Part shown: piece by piece, positions 48,011 to 56,529 of the stretch | How the letters are laid out: the number at the start of each line of letters is the position of its first letter | Position numbering within the stretch: position 1 is the first letter of the stretch | Origin: Eubacterium sp. | GTDB lineage: Bacteria; Bacillota; Clostridia; Lachnospirales; Lachnospiraceae | Assembly (NCBI GenBank): GCA_017539165.1 | Contig: JAFYHN010000043.1 | Span: forward strand, 42,588-106,587 | DNA length: 64,000 nt | Direction: 5' to 3' | Program-made: the position numbers and the translations under genes | The notes under the pieces: model-generated | Told to the model about the DNA's origin: nothing | Databases searched by the model: none | The model's input: only the letters and a program-made list of their open reading frames with translations

Positions 48011-49264
48011 ATGAAAATGAGAAAGAAACTTATAAGCATAATGCTCAGTGCAGTAATGCTTGGTTCAACTCTTGTTGGATGTGGTGGAGCTTCCGGTGGC
48101 ACAGGCGATACTGCTGCTACAGAGAAAGAAACAACTGCTGAAAGCAAGGAAGAAACTACAGCAGCAGAAGTAGCAGACGAAGGGGGATCGACCGAAAGCG
48201 AGGCTCCAGCTGCAGCTGACGGCGATATAAAGATAGGAGTTTCAATCTGGAGCTCTACCGATGTACTTGGTTCACAGTGTAAGATGATTTTGGATAAAGC
48301 TGCAGATGCTCTGGGCGTTCAGGTGCAGTATGTGGATCAGGGACACGTATCAGAGAAAGTTACTGCATCGGTAGAGCAGCTCTGCGCAGCAGGTTGCCAG
48401 GGTATCATCATCTGTAACTCATCTGACACAGAGATGGCATCAGCTATCAAGACATGTAACGACAATGGTGTATATCTTGCACAGTTCTTCCGTATCATAA
48501 GTGAACAGAACAGCGCAGATATCTTTAAAGCAGCTACAGATTCTGAGTATTATGTTGGAGCAGTACATGAGAATGAGCCTGAAAATGGTGAGAAGCTCGT
48601 GCAGATCCTTCTTGATAAGGGTGACAGAAACATCGGTCTTATCGGATGGGAGCAGGGTGACGCAACATGGCTCGGAAGATGGGAAGGTTACAAAGCAGGC
48701 GTAGAAAAGTGGAATAGTGAACATCCTGATGATCAGGCAGTTCTTTCAGAACCACAGTACGCAGGAACATCTTCAGAAGGTGGTTCCAAGGCTGCAGAAG
48801 CTCTTATGAGTGCAAATCCTGACCTCGACGCTCTTATTCCTGCAGGTGGTGGTGGAGATCCTCTTCAGGGTGCTATCGCTGCAGTAGAACGTGCTGGAAA
48901 GACAGATTCTATCGATATAGTATCTACAGACTTCCTTCCAGACCTTGGCGACAGACTTGCTAACGGTTCTATGGCAGGTGAGTCAGGTGGACATTACTGT
49001 GATCCACTCTTCGCTTTCATGGCAGTTTACAATGCAATCAAGGGTAACTACACAGGTAACGCAGGTAAATTCGAAGATATCAACTTCCCTTACCTTTATG
49101 TAGCATCACCTGAAGATTATGCTGATTATGAGAAGTATTTCGTAGATCAGCTTCCATACACAGATGAAGAACTTGTAGAAATGTCAAAACTCGATATGGA
49201 AGGACTTAAGCAGAAGGCAGCATCATTATCAATCGAGGATGCAGCAGCCAGATCGGGTAAATAA
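48011..49264 (+). CDS. Sugar ABC transporter substrate-binding lipoprotein (type I PBP)
   Basis: Lipobox LVGC, Ala/Glu/Thr linker, PBP1 fold segments, in an ABC operon. Confidence 0.88.
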   Translation: MKMRKKLISIMLSAVMLGSTLVGCGGASGGTGDTAATEKETTAESKEETTAAEVADEGGSTESEAPAAADGDIKIGVSIWSSTDVLGSQCKMILDKAADALGVQVQYVDQGHVSEKVTASVEQLCAAGCQGIIICNSSDTEMASAIKTCNDNGVYLAQFFRIISEQNSADIFKAATDSEYYVGAVHENEPENGEKLVQILLDKGDRNIGLIGWEQGDATWLGRWEGYKAGVEKWNSEHPDDQAVLSEPQYAGTSSEGGSKAAEALMSANPDLDALIPAGGGGDPLQGAIAAVERAGKTDSIDIVSTDFLPDLGDRLANGSMAGESGGHYCDPLFAFMAVYNAIKGNYTGNAGKFEDINFPYLYVASPEDYADYEKYFVDQLPYTDEELVEMSKLDMEGLKQKAASLSIEDAAARSGK

Positions 49265-49303
49265 CACGCAGCACGTGTTAAAAAATACATTTTTTAATCC
49301 CTA

Positions 49304-49330
49304 GGCCGGTATCGCACGGCGGTACCGGCC
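49304..49330 (+). other. Intra-operon stem-loop after the SBP gene (possible mRNA stabiliser)
   Basis: GGCCGGTATCG...CGGTACCGGCC; no strong U-tract. Confidence 0.5.
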
Positions 49331-49360
49331 CATTTTCTGTAAAAAAAGAGGTGAATCTGT

Positions 49361-50326
49361 ATGAATGCATCAAGTGAAACAGCGGGAAAGAAGCTGTCGG
49401 GCCAAACCAAGGGCTACCTGCTGCTTATTTTCCTGGTTATACTTTCATGGGGAATATTTAAAGTCATTACCCCGAATAATTTCGGCTCTGCAAAGAATAT
49501 GCTGAGCTATTTCGAGGCATCACTGCTGGCAGCAGTGGGGGCAGTAGGATTTTATTTTGTAATGGTTATGGGAATGTTCGACTTTTCCATAGGTGCCAAC
49601 ATTATGCTTTCTGCGATAGTAGGATGCGTATTTGCCAACCGTTTCGGACTTGGCTACTTCGGTCTTATCGTTGGAAGTATACTGACAGGAGCTCTGGTAG
49701 GTTTGTTAAATGGTTTCTTCTACGCAAAACTCAGAATTCCGTCAATGATCGTAACAACGGGACTTGCTTTGATATACGAATCGATTGCGAACTATATTGC
49801 TGGCGGTGTGGAGCAGACTCTTCCATCAAAACTTAGGGCGTTCGGTCAGATGCCGGGAAATCTGATCCTGGCAGTTATCGCATTCGCGATTGCTTACCTT
49901 TTACTTAACTATACAAAGATCGGAACCTATACTTACGCCATAGGAAGCAATGAGTTTGTGGCAAAGAATATGGGTATCAACGTTAATTTCTATAAAATAC
50001 TGGCATTTATCATAAGTGGTGCCTTCCTTGGAATCATGGCCGTTCTTACTATAAGTTACGGTTCTTCCATGGTTGCAAAAACCGGTATGGAGTCCATGAG
50101 TCGAAACTTTGTTCCGACTATGGGATGCTTCTTCGGACTTGCGTTCAAGAAGTATGGCATGCCGCTTCCTGCAATTATTATCGGTGAGTTTGTTATCAAC
50201 ATTATCTTCTTCGGATTTATCGCGCTTGGTGCTCCAACCGCTATCCAGGACGTTATCACCGGATTTGCCCTGCTCATTATTGTTACACTTACAACCAAAG
50301 TTACCAAGGGCGAGATTGTGAAATAA
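49361..50326 (+). CDS. Sugar ABC permease (RbsC-like)
   Basis: GMFDFSIG, RIPSMIVT, YTKIGTYTYAIGSNE. Confidence 0.9.
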   Translation: MNASSETAGKKLSGQTKGYLLLIFLVILSWGIFKVITPNNFGSAKNMLSYFEASLLAAVGAVGFYFVMVMGMFDFSIGANIMLSAIVGCVFANRFGLGYFGLIVGSILTGALVGLLNGFFYAKLRIPSMIVTTGLALIYESIANYIAGGVEQTLPSKLRAFGQMPGNLILAVIAFAIAYLLLNYTKIGTYTYAIGSNEFVAKNMGINVNFYKILAFIISGAFLGIMAVLTISYGSSMVAKTGMESMSRNFVPTMGCFFGLAFKKYGMPLPAIIIGEFVINIIFFGFIALGAPTAIQDVITGFALLIIVTLTTKVTKGEIVK

Positions 50327-50341
50327 GGAGGAGGACTTACC

Positions 50342-51841
50342 ATGAGTGATATTAGATTACAGGTAGAGAAAGTCAGTAAATATTTCGGAATCACTAAGGC
50401 TCTTCAAGAGGTATCTTTCAATATTAATAAGGGTGAGATACATGCGCTGATCGGAGAAAATGGTTCCGGAAAATCAACTCTGACGAACTCTCTTACCGGA
50501 ATATATCAGAAAGACAGCGGCTCCTTCTATCTGGACGGAAAAGAAGTGAGTCCAAAGAATCAGGTTGAAGCGAACAATGAAGGAATATCCATCATCGTTC
50601 AGGAACTTGGTACACTGGATGGACTTACAGTTGCTGAAAATATCTTTCTGGGACACGAAGATATGTTCGTGAAAATGGGAATTAAGAATACCAATGCTAT
50701 GAACCGTCGTGCTACAGAGCTTCTTAAACAGTACGGTTTTGACCGTATTAAAGCCTCCGATATGATTGAAAATTACAACTTTGAGGATAGAAAGCTGGTT
50801 GAGATTGTAAAGGCAACCTACTTTGGTCCTAAGATTGTAGTCATTGACGAGACTACCACGGCACTTTCTCAGGAAGGACGTGAGGAACTCTATAAGCATA
50901 TGAACAGGATCAGAAGTGAGGGAAATACAGTTATATTTATATCCCATGACTTACCTGAGGTTCTAAGACTCTCAGATACCATTACAATTCTGAGAGATGG
51001 TGTATATATCGACACGGTTAAAAGTGCAGATGTAGATGAAGAAGGCTTGAAGAAGCTGATGGTTGGTCGTGAAGTAACAGGAGATTACTACCGTGCTGAT
51101 TACGGCGAACCTGTATCAAGTGAAGTTGTTATGAAGGTTAAGAACGTAACTGTTCCGGGACTCATTTCCCATATTAACTTCGAGCTTCACAAGGGAGAGA
51201 TTCTTGGATTCGGAGGTCTGTCTGAATCGGGAATGCATGAAGTTGGAAAAGCGTGCTTTGGTGCTTCATTTGACCGTGAAGGAAGTGTTACGCTGGCGGA
51301 CGGAACAGAGATTAATGATATTCCGACTGCTATCAAACACAGTATTGCTTATACTTCGAAGGATAGAGATAACGAATCTCTGGTTATGAATCAGAGTATT
51401 GGAGACAATATCTGTCTTCCATCTCTGGATGATCTTGCGAACAAAGCACATATGCTCAGTGATAAGAAGCTGAAAGAATTTGCAAATACTTATGCTGAGA
51501 AGATGTCAACAAAGATGCAGAGCGTTGATCAGTTTGTTTCAGATCTGTCAGGTGGAAATAAGCAGAAGGTAGTTCTGGCTCGCTGGATCGGTAAGGACTC
51601 TGACATACTTGTTCTTGACAGCCCGACTAGAGGTATTGATATAAAAGTTAAGCAGGATATCTATCAGCTTATGGACAAGATGCGTAAATCAGGAAAGTCT
51701 ATAATAATGATCTCAGAAGAGCTTATGGAGTTGATCGGTATGTGTGATCGAATCCTTATAATGAAGGATGGACAGATAAATGGTGAGCTTGAACGAAGTA
51801 AAGACATGGATGAGAACAGTCTCATCTCTAAGATGGTATAA
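50342..51841 (+). CDS. CUT2 sugar ABC ATPase (tandem NBD)
   Basis: GENGSGKST, IDETT, FISH, LSGGNKQK, LDSPTRGID. Confidence 0.93.
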   Translation: MSDIRLQVEKVSKYFGITKALQEVSFNINKGEIHALIGENGSGKSTLTNSLTGIYQKDSGSFYLDGKEVSPKNQVEANNEGISIIVQELGTLDGLTVAENIFLGHEDMFVKMGIKNTNAMNRRATELLKQYGFDRIKASDMIENYNFEDRKLVEIVKATYFGPKIVVIDETTTALSQEGREELYKHMNRIRSEGNTVIFISHDLPEVLRLSDTITILRDGVYIDTVKSADVDEEGLKKLMVGREVTGDYYRADYGEPVSSEVVMKVKNVTVPGLISHINFELHKGEILGFGGLSESGMHEVGKACFGASFDREGSVTLADGTEINDIPTAIKHSIAYTSKDRDNESLVMNQSIGDNICLPSLDDLANKAHMLSDKKLKEFANTYAEKMSTKMQSVDQFVSDLSGGNKQKVVLARWIGKDSDILVLDSPTRGIDIKVKQDIYQLMDKMRKSGKSIIMISEELMELIGMCDRILIMKDGQINGELERSKDMDENSLISKMV

Positions 51842-51847
51842 GGAGGG

Positions 51848-52822
51848 ATGATCATGGCTAATCAAGGAAGTATAGAGGTTTCCAGAGCAAAGGCTCTGAA
51901 GAAACAGTCAATGCTTAAAATGATCCGTTCCGCTCTTCCTATCATCGGTCTTATAGCGGTTTGCGTGATCTTTAATATATTGACAAAAGGAAATATGTGG
52001 AATAGCCGTAAGCTTATTCTGAATCAGGTATATGTAGTTCTGATCTCAGCTACAGGCGTATTCTTTATAATGACTATGGGTGGTCTTGATTTCTCACAGG
52101 GTTCTATATTGGGAATCGCTTCCATAGTAGTATGTAAGCTGTCAGGAGTAAATATGGCTCTTGCAGTACTTGGAGGGATTTTGGTAGGTGCGGCTATTGG
52201 TGCATTCAACGGATTCTTCTATGTGAACAGAAAGATTAAATCTTTCATCGTTACAATATGTACAATGTTCCTGTTCCGAGGATTTATCAAATACATGACA
52301 TCGAATTCGCCGGTTGCAGCAAGCATAAAGGTATATGATTATGATACTGTAGGTATAAAGCTTGGTATCACAGCAGTAGTTCTGATTGTCGGATTCGTAG
52401 CATTCCGTTGTACCAAGTTCGGAACATACTTAAAGGCAATCGGTGCAGGAGAGAAGGCTGCTAAGTTTGCAGGTATCCGTACAGATAAGATGAAGTTTCT
52501 TATCTATGTGCTTTCAGGAGCAATCACAGGACTTGCAGCATTTGTAAATATTGTAAAGAACGGTTCTGCAACAGCAAACGTTGGTAATCAGCTTGAAACT
52601 CAGATCCTTATAGCACTTGTATTAGGTGGTATGCCTATCTCAGGTGGTGCTAAGGTAAGATTTGAGAATATAATCGTAGGTTCTCTTTTATACATTGTCC
52701 TTAATAACGGACTTACAATGATGGGACTTACAACACAGGCTATGCAGCTCATTCAGGGTGTAATCTTCCTGATATTCGTTGCGGTATTTGCTGATAGACA
52801 GAGTCTGTCAGTTATTAAATAA
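51848..52822 (+). CDS. Sugar ABC permease (RbsC-like)
   Basis: GGLDFSQG, SFIVT, TKFGTYLKAIG, LVLGGMPISGG. Confidence 0.9.
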   Translation: MIMANQGSIEVSRAKALKKQSMLKMIRSALPIIGLIAVCVIFNILTKGNMWNSRKLILNQVYVVLISATGVFFIMTMGGLDFSQGSILGIASIVVCKLSGVNMALAVLGGILVGAAIGAFNGFFYVNRKIKSFIVTICTMFLFRGFIKYMTSNSPVAASIKVYDYDTVGIKLGITAVVLIVGFVAFRCTKFGTYLKAIGAGEKAAKFAGIRTDKMKFLIYVLSGAITGLAAFVNIVKNGSATANVGNQLETQILIALVLGGMPISGGAKVRFENIIVGSLLYIVLNNGLTMMGLTTQAMQLIQGVIFLIFVAVFADRQSLSVIK

Positions 52823-52851
52823 TACAATCATACTTAACTCTTCAAACAGAT

Positions 52852-52887
52852 GAACATCGGCAAATCGTTTTCGATTTGCCGATGTTC
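52852..52887 (+). terminator. Rho-independent terminator
   Basis: Perfect 16-bp stem GAACATCGGCAAATCG-TTTT-CGATTTGCCGATGTTC. Confidence 0.8.
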
Positions 52888-53009
52888 TCGTTTTATTATG
52901 GATTATTGTTTTTTTCGAAGTGTATATCTTGAAAAAATATGATATATTAACTAAATGATATTAATATGTTATTATCTGACAGATGACAATCTTGAAAAGG
53001 AGACTGACG

Positions 53010-53489
53010 ATGAACTTTAATACAGATATTTTCACTCAATTTGATAAAAAGTGGGCACTGCTCACTGCAGGTAATAAAGAAAGCTTTAATACTATGACAG
53101 TAAGCTGGGGAGGAATGGGAACTCTTTGGAGCAAACCTGTTGTAACTGCTTATGTAAGAACTTCAAGATATACACATGAATTTCTGGATAAAGAAGATTA
53201 CTTTACGCTTAGCTTTTATCCGGAAGATTATAAGCGCATTCTTATAGAGATGGGTTCGAAATCCGGAAGAGACATCGACAAAATGAATTATGAAGGACTT
53301 ACTGCTAAAGAAGTGGGAGATACAGTGACATTTGCGGAAGCGGAAGTTACACTTGTTTGTAAAAAACTCTTCAAACAGGAACTGGCTGTAGATAATATTC
53401 CGAAAGATATTGTAGATGCGTTCTATACTGGTGATTCGGCTCATGATATGTATATCGGAGAGGTTGTTGAGGTAATAACAAATGAGTAA
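53010..53489 (+). CDS. Flavin reductase-like FMN-binding protein
   Basis: ALLTAG, FNTMTVSWGGMG, VRTSRYT, GSKSGRDIDK, HDMYIGEV. Start at ATG 53010. Confidence 0.85.
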   Translation: MNFNTDIFTQFDKKWALLTAGNKESFNTMTVSWGGMGTLWSKPVVTAYVRTSRYTHEFLDKEDYFTLSFYPEDYKRILIEMGSKSGRDIDKMNYEGLTAKEVGDTVTFAEAEVTLVCKKLFKQELAVDNIPKDIVDAFYTGDSAHDMYIGEVVEVITNE

Positions 53490-53964
53490 GATGTGGGAGC
53501 TTCTGCATAAGGAAGATACTGTTGTATTCTTTGATATAGATGGTACGCTTACAAGCTATAACTACGGAGAGTATCACGCACACCATGAACTTGACTATAC
53601 TCCGGAGTTCAGAGATGTGAATATATATGCGGATTGCAAGCGGCTTAATCCGCTTTATGAATATATTCAGAGTCATGATATGAGCAGGATATTCTGCATA
53701 TCAAGAGAACCACATGGTCATGAAGACTGGAAATCCGAAATGGTAGAGAGACTGTATGGGATTCCTGCATCGCATTGCTTTTATACACTGGAAGCAGAGG
53801 ATAAGCCTGAGATAGTTATGGGAAAAGTAAAAGAATTCTTTCCTGATATAGATCCCAGGTCGGTAGTCTGCATGGATGATAATGATGTGACTCTTGGAAT
53901 GTATATGAAGGAAACACCATTCAGTACAGCGCATCCTATGATATTTATGGAGTATCTTGGATAG
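53482..53964 (+). CDS. Minimal HAD-like phosphatase
   Basis: VFFDIDGTL motif I, ISRE motif II, MDDND motif IV; only 160 aa. Confidence 0.65.
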   Translation: MSKMWELLHKEDTVVFFDIDGTLTSYNYGEYHAHHELDYTPEFRDVNIYADCKRLNPLYEYIQSHDMSRIFCISREPHGHEDWKSEMVERLYGIPASHCFYTLEAEDKPEIVMGKVKEFFPDIDPRSVVCMDDNDVTLGMYMKETPFSTAHPMIFMEYLG

Positions 53965-54005
53965 TGGTTTATAAGAAATCTTATAAAGATTGAGGAAATG
54001 ATACG

Positions 54006-54836
54006 ATGAAACAGAAAAAATTGGCGATAATAAATGATGTAACAGGATTTGGAAGATGTTCGGTTGCGGTTATGGCACCTATAGTTTCTGCCATGAAGAT
54101 CCAGGCGGTGGCAATACCAACCGCAATTCTTTCAACACATACGCAGTTTCCTGAGTATTTCTTCGATGATTATACACCGAAGATGCGGGACTATATCCAG
54201 ACGTATAAGAATCTGAATATTGAATTCGATGGAATTGCAACGGGCTTTCTGGGTTCGAAGGAACAGGTGGAGATAGTCATAGATTTTATTAAGTCATTTA
54301 GAAAAGATGATTCACTTGTACTAGTTGATCCGGTTATGGGCGACTACGGAGAACTCTATGCGACCTATACGCCGGAAATGTGTCAGAAGATGAAAGAGCT
54401 TGTTCAGTATGCAAATATCCTTACTCCGAATCTCACCGAGCTTTGTACGCTTCTTGATGTAGATTATGGTGATGGTAAGTTCGGAATGGACGAACTGGGA
54501 GATATGTGCAGAGAGCTTGCATCAAGAGGACCAGAACATATAGTTGTTACGGGGATTCCATTTCATAAAAAGCAGATCATGAACTACGTATACAGTAAGG
54601 ATGAAGAGACAAGAATCGTAATGGTTGACCGTATAGGAGTCGACAGAAGCGGAACTGGTGATGTCATCAGCTCCGTAATAGCAGGAATGTGCATGAACGG
54701 ACATAACTTCTATGATTCTGTAAGAAAAGCAGCAGAGTACGCTTCAAAATGTATCAGATACTGTGAGGAGTATCAGGTTCCTGAACATTGGGGACTCTGC
54801 TTCGAAATGTATCTTAAAGATCTTATGGAAGATTAA
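54006..54836 (+). CDS. pdxK: Pyridoxal/pyridoxamine kinase
   Basis: PTAILSTHT, TGFLGS, VDPVMGD.G.LY, LTPNLTE, GTGDV. Confidence 0.88.
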   Translation: MKQKKLAIINDVTGFGRCSVAVMAPIVSAMKIQAVAIPTAILSTHTQFPEYFFDDYTPKMRDYIQTYKNLNIEFDGIATGFLGSKEQVEIVIDFIKSFRKDDSLVLVDPVMGDYGELYATYTPEMCQKMKELVQYANILTPNLTELCTLLDVDYGDGKFGMDELGDMCRELASRGPEHIVVTGIPFHKKQIMNYVYSKDEETRIVMVDRIGVDRSGTGDVISSVIAGMCMNGHNFYDSVRKAAEYASKCIRYCEEYQVPEHWGLCFEMYLKDLMED

Positions 54837-54872
54837 ATACATTACAAACTATCGCTAATATGGAGGAAATAA

Positions 54873-55532
54873 ATGGTACTTTATACAGTAACAGGAAAGG
54901 CCGGAAGTGAGGGATATCTTGATATCGCAAACAGTGGAGACCTGACTGGAAAAAGCATATATGTGAACTTGACAAATAAATGTCCCTGCAACTGTGTTTT
55001 CTGTCTCAGACAGACAAAACAGATGATGGAAGGTAATAGTCTGTGGCTTCGTGAAGGAGAGCCGGAAGTAAGTGATGTTCTGGAAATGTTTTCACAGTAT
55101 GATCTTAATATAATAAAGGAGATAGTTTTCTGTGGATTTGGTGAACCACTGGAAAGACTTGATGATGTATGTGAGATAATAGATGCACTGAAGAAAGACT
55201 ATCCAGAACTTGTTGTCAGAGTGAATACAATAGGACTTGCAAATCTCATATATGGATGTGATGTGACTCCTAAACTTAAGGGTAGAGTTGATACTGTCTC
55301 AATCTCACTGAATGCACCAGATGAAAAAGAATTTCTTGAACTTACTAGATCCAGATTCGGTATCGAATCATATGAGGCTCTTAAAGAATTTGCTGTTCTT
55401 GCAAAACAGTATGTGCCGAATGTTGTGATGACCGTAGTTGAGAAGGTTATGCCTGAAGAAAAGATAGAGAAGTGCAGGGAAATCTGTGATACACTTGGAG
55501 TAACACTTCGTGTCAGGGAGTTTGAAGATTAA
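54873..55532 (+). CDS. Radical SAM protein (TatD-associated family)
   Basis: YVNLTNKCPCNCVFCLR (CxxxCxxC), VFCGFGEP, SISLNA. Confidence 0.85.
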   Translation: MVLYTVTGKAGSEGYLDIANSGDLTGKSIYVNLTNKCPCNCVFCLRQTKQMMEGNSLWLREGEPEVSDVLEMFSQYDLNIIKEIVFCGFGEPLERLDDVCEIIDALKKDYPELVVRVNTIGLANLIYGCDVTPKLKGRVDTVSISLNAPDEKEFLELTRSRFGIESYEALKEFAVLAKQYVPNVVMTVVEKVMPEEKIEKCREICDTLGVTLRVREFED

Positions 55533-55544
55533 AAGGATAGATAT

Positions 55545-56408
55545 ATGAATTTCGAAGCCTTTAAGGAAGACATAGTTAAAAATAATTGGAATGTACATGG
55601 TGTAGAGATTTATGAGGATGGTAAGCTAATATACAGATTCGGTGACACGTGTGATACGAAATATCCTATTTACTCTGCAACCAAAAGTATTCTTTCAGTT
55701 GCTGTTGGTATAGCTGAGGATAGAAGCCTTATTGATCTGGATAAAAGTGTTCTTGATTATATCACTGTTGGATTTGTAGATGAAATGACGTCTGATATGA
55801 AAGAAAAATTCGAGAAGATTTCCCTTCGCAGACTTATGACTATGTCGGTACCTGGTTTCCCCTTTAGACCGGAGGGAGATAGTTATCTCAGATTTTCATT
55901 GTCATGGCCGGATATAAAAGAGGATGAGATTCGTTTTGATTACAGTAATATCCATGCTTATCTTGTAGGCGTAGCCCTGAGTAGTGCGGTTGGAGATGTA
56001 TGGGAGTTTATTGACTCTGATATAATGAGTCCGCTTGGAATATCAGGGGTTGAATACACCAGATGTCCAGATGGATATTTTTATGGCGCTTCGGGTATGA
56101 GCCTTTCGGTAAATGATCTCAGCAGGATTGGGCTTCTGTTATATAACAGAGGACAGTATGAGGGACGACAGATAGTATCTAAACGATATGTTGATAAAGC
56201 AACATCAAATCTTCAGATGAACCGCGAAGGAGGATATGGATACTTCATATGGAAGTATCATGATGGATTCAGCATTAACGGTAAATGGAAGCAGAGATGT
56301 TATGTGCTGCCAGACAGAAAACTTATGATAACATTTCTGAGTGATATAAAAGGTGACAGCGAAGATCTTTGCGAAAGTATGGAGAAAAATATTATTTTTG
56401 AGGCTTAG
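55545..56408 (+). CDS. Serine hydrolase, class C beta-lactamase-like
   Basis: YSATKS (SxxK), FDYSN (YxN), YGYFIW. Confidence 0.85.
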   Translation: MNFEAFKEDIVKNNWNVHGVEIYEDGKLIYRFGDTCDTKYPIYSATKSILSVAVGIAEDRSLIDLDKSVLDYITVGFVDEMTSDMKEKFEKISLRRLMTMSVPGFPFRPEGDSYLRFSLSWPDIKEDEIRFDYSNIHAYLVGVALSSAVGDVWEFIDSDIMSPLGISGVEYTRCPDGYFYGASGMSLSVNDLSRIGLLLYNRGQYEGRQIVSKRYVDKATSNLQMNREGGYGYFIWKYHDGFSINGKWKQRCYVLPDRKLMITFLSDIKGDSEDLCESMEKNIIFEA

Positions 56409-56449
56409 TTGCAACTTAGACATGCTCAGTTGCGACTAAGCCTTGTTTA
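56401..56449 (+). terminator. Rho-independent terminator
   Basis: AGGCTTAGTTGCAACT...AGTTGCGACTAAGCCT followed by TGTTT. Confidence 0.75.
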
Positions 56450-56529
56450 TTGAAGGTATGTTTTCCTTTTATTAATAGGCTTCATATGGTAAAATAAATG
56501 TTTAGTTTTGAATAAAAAGGAGTAGAAGT

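Noticed and set aside
50342-51841. Degenerate ABC signature in the first NBD (YNFED)
   Set aside because: One degenerate site is normal for tandem CUT2 sugar ATPases; the second signature LSGG is intact.
55545-56408. Serine hydrolase as a true beta-lactamase
   Set aside because: No signal peptide and only generic SxxK/YxN motifs; the family is mostly esterases and peptidases.
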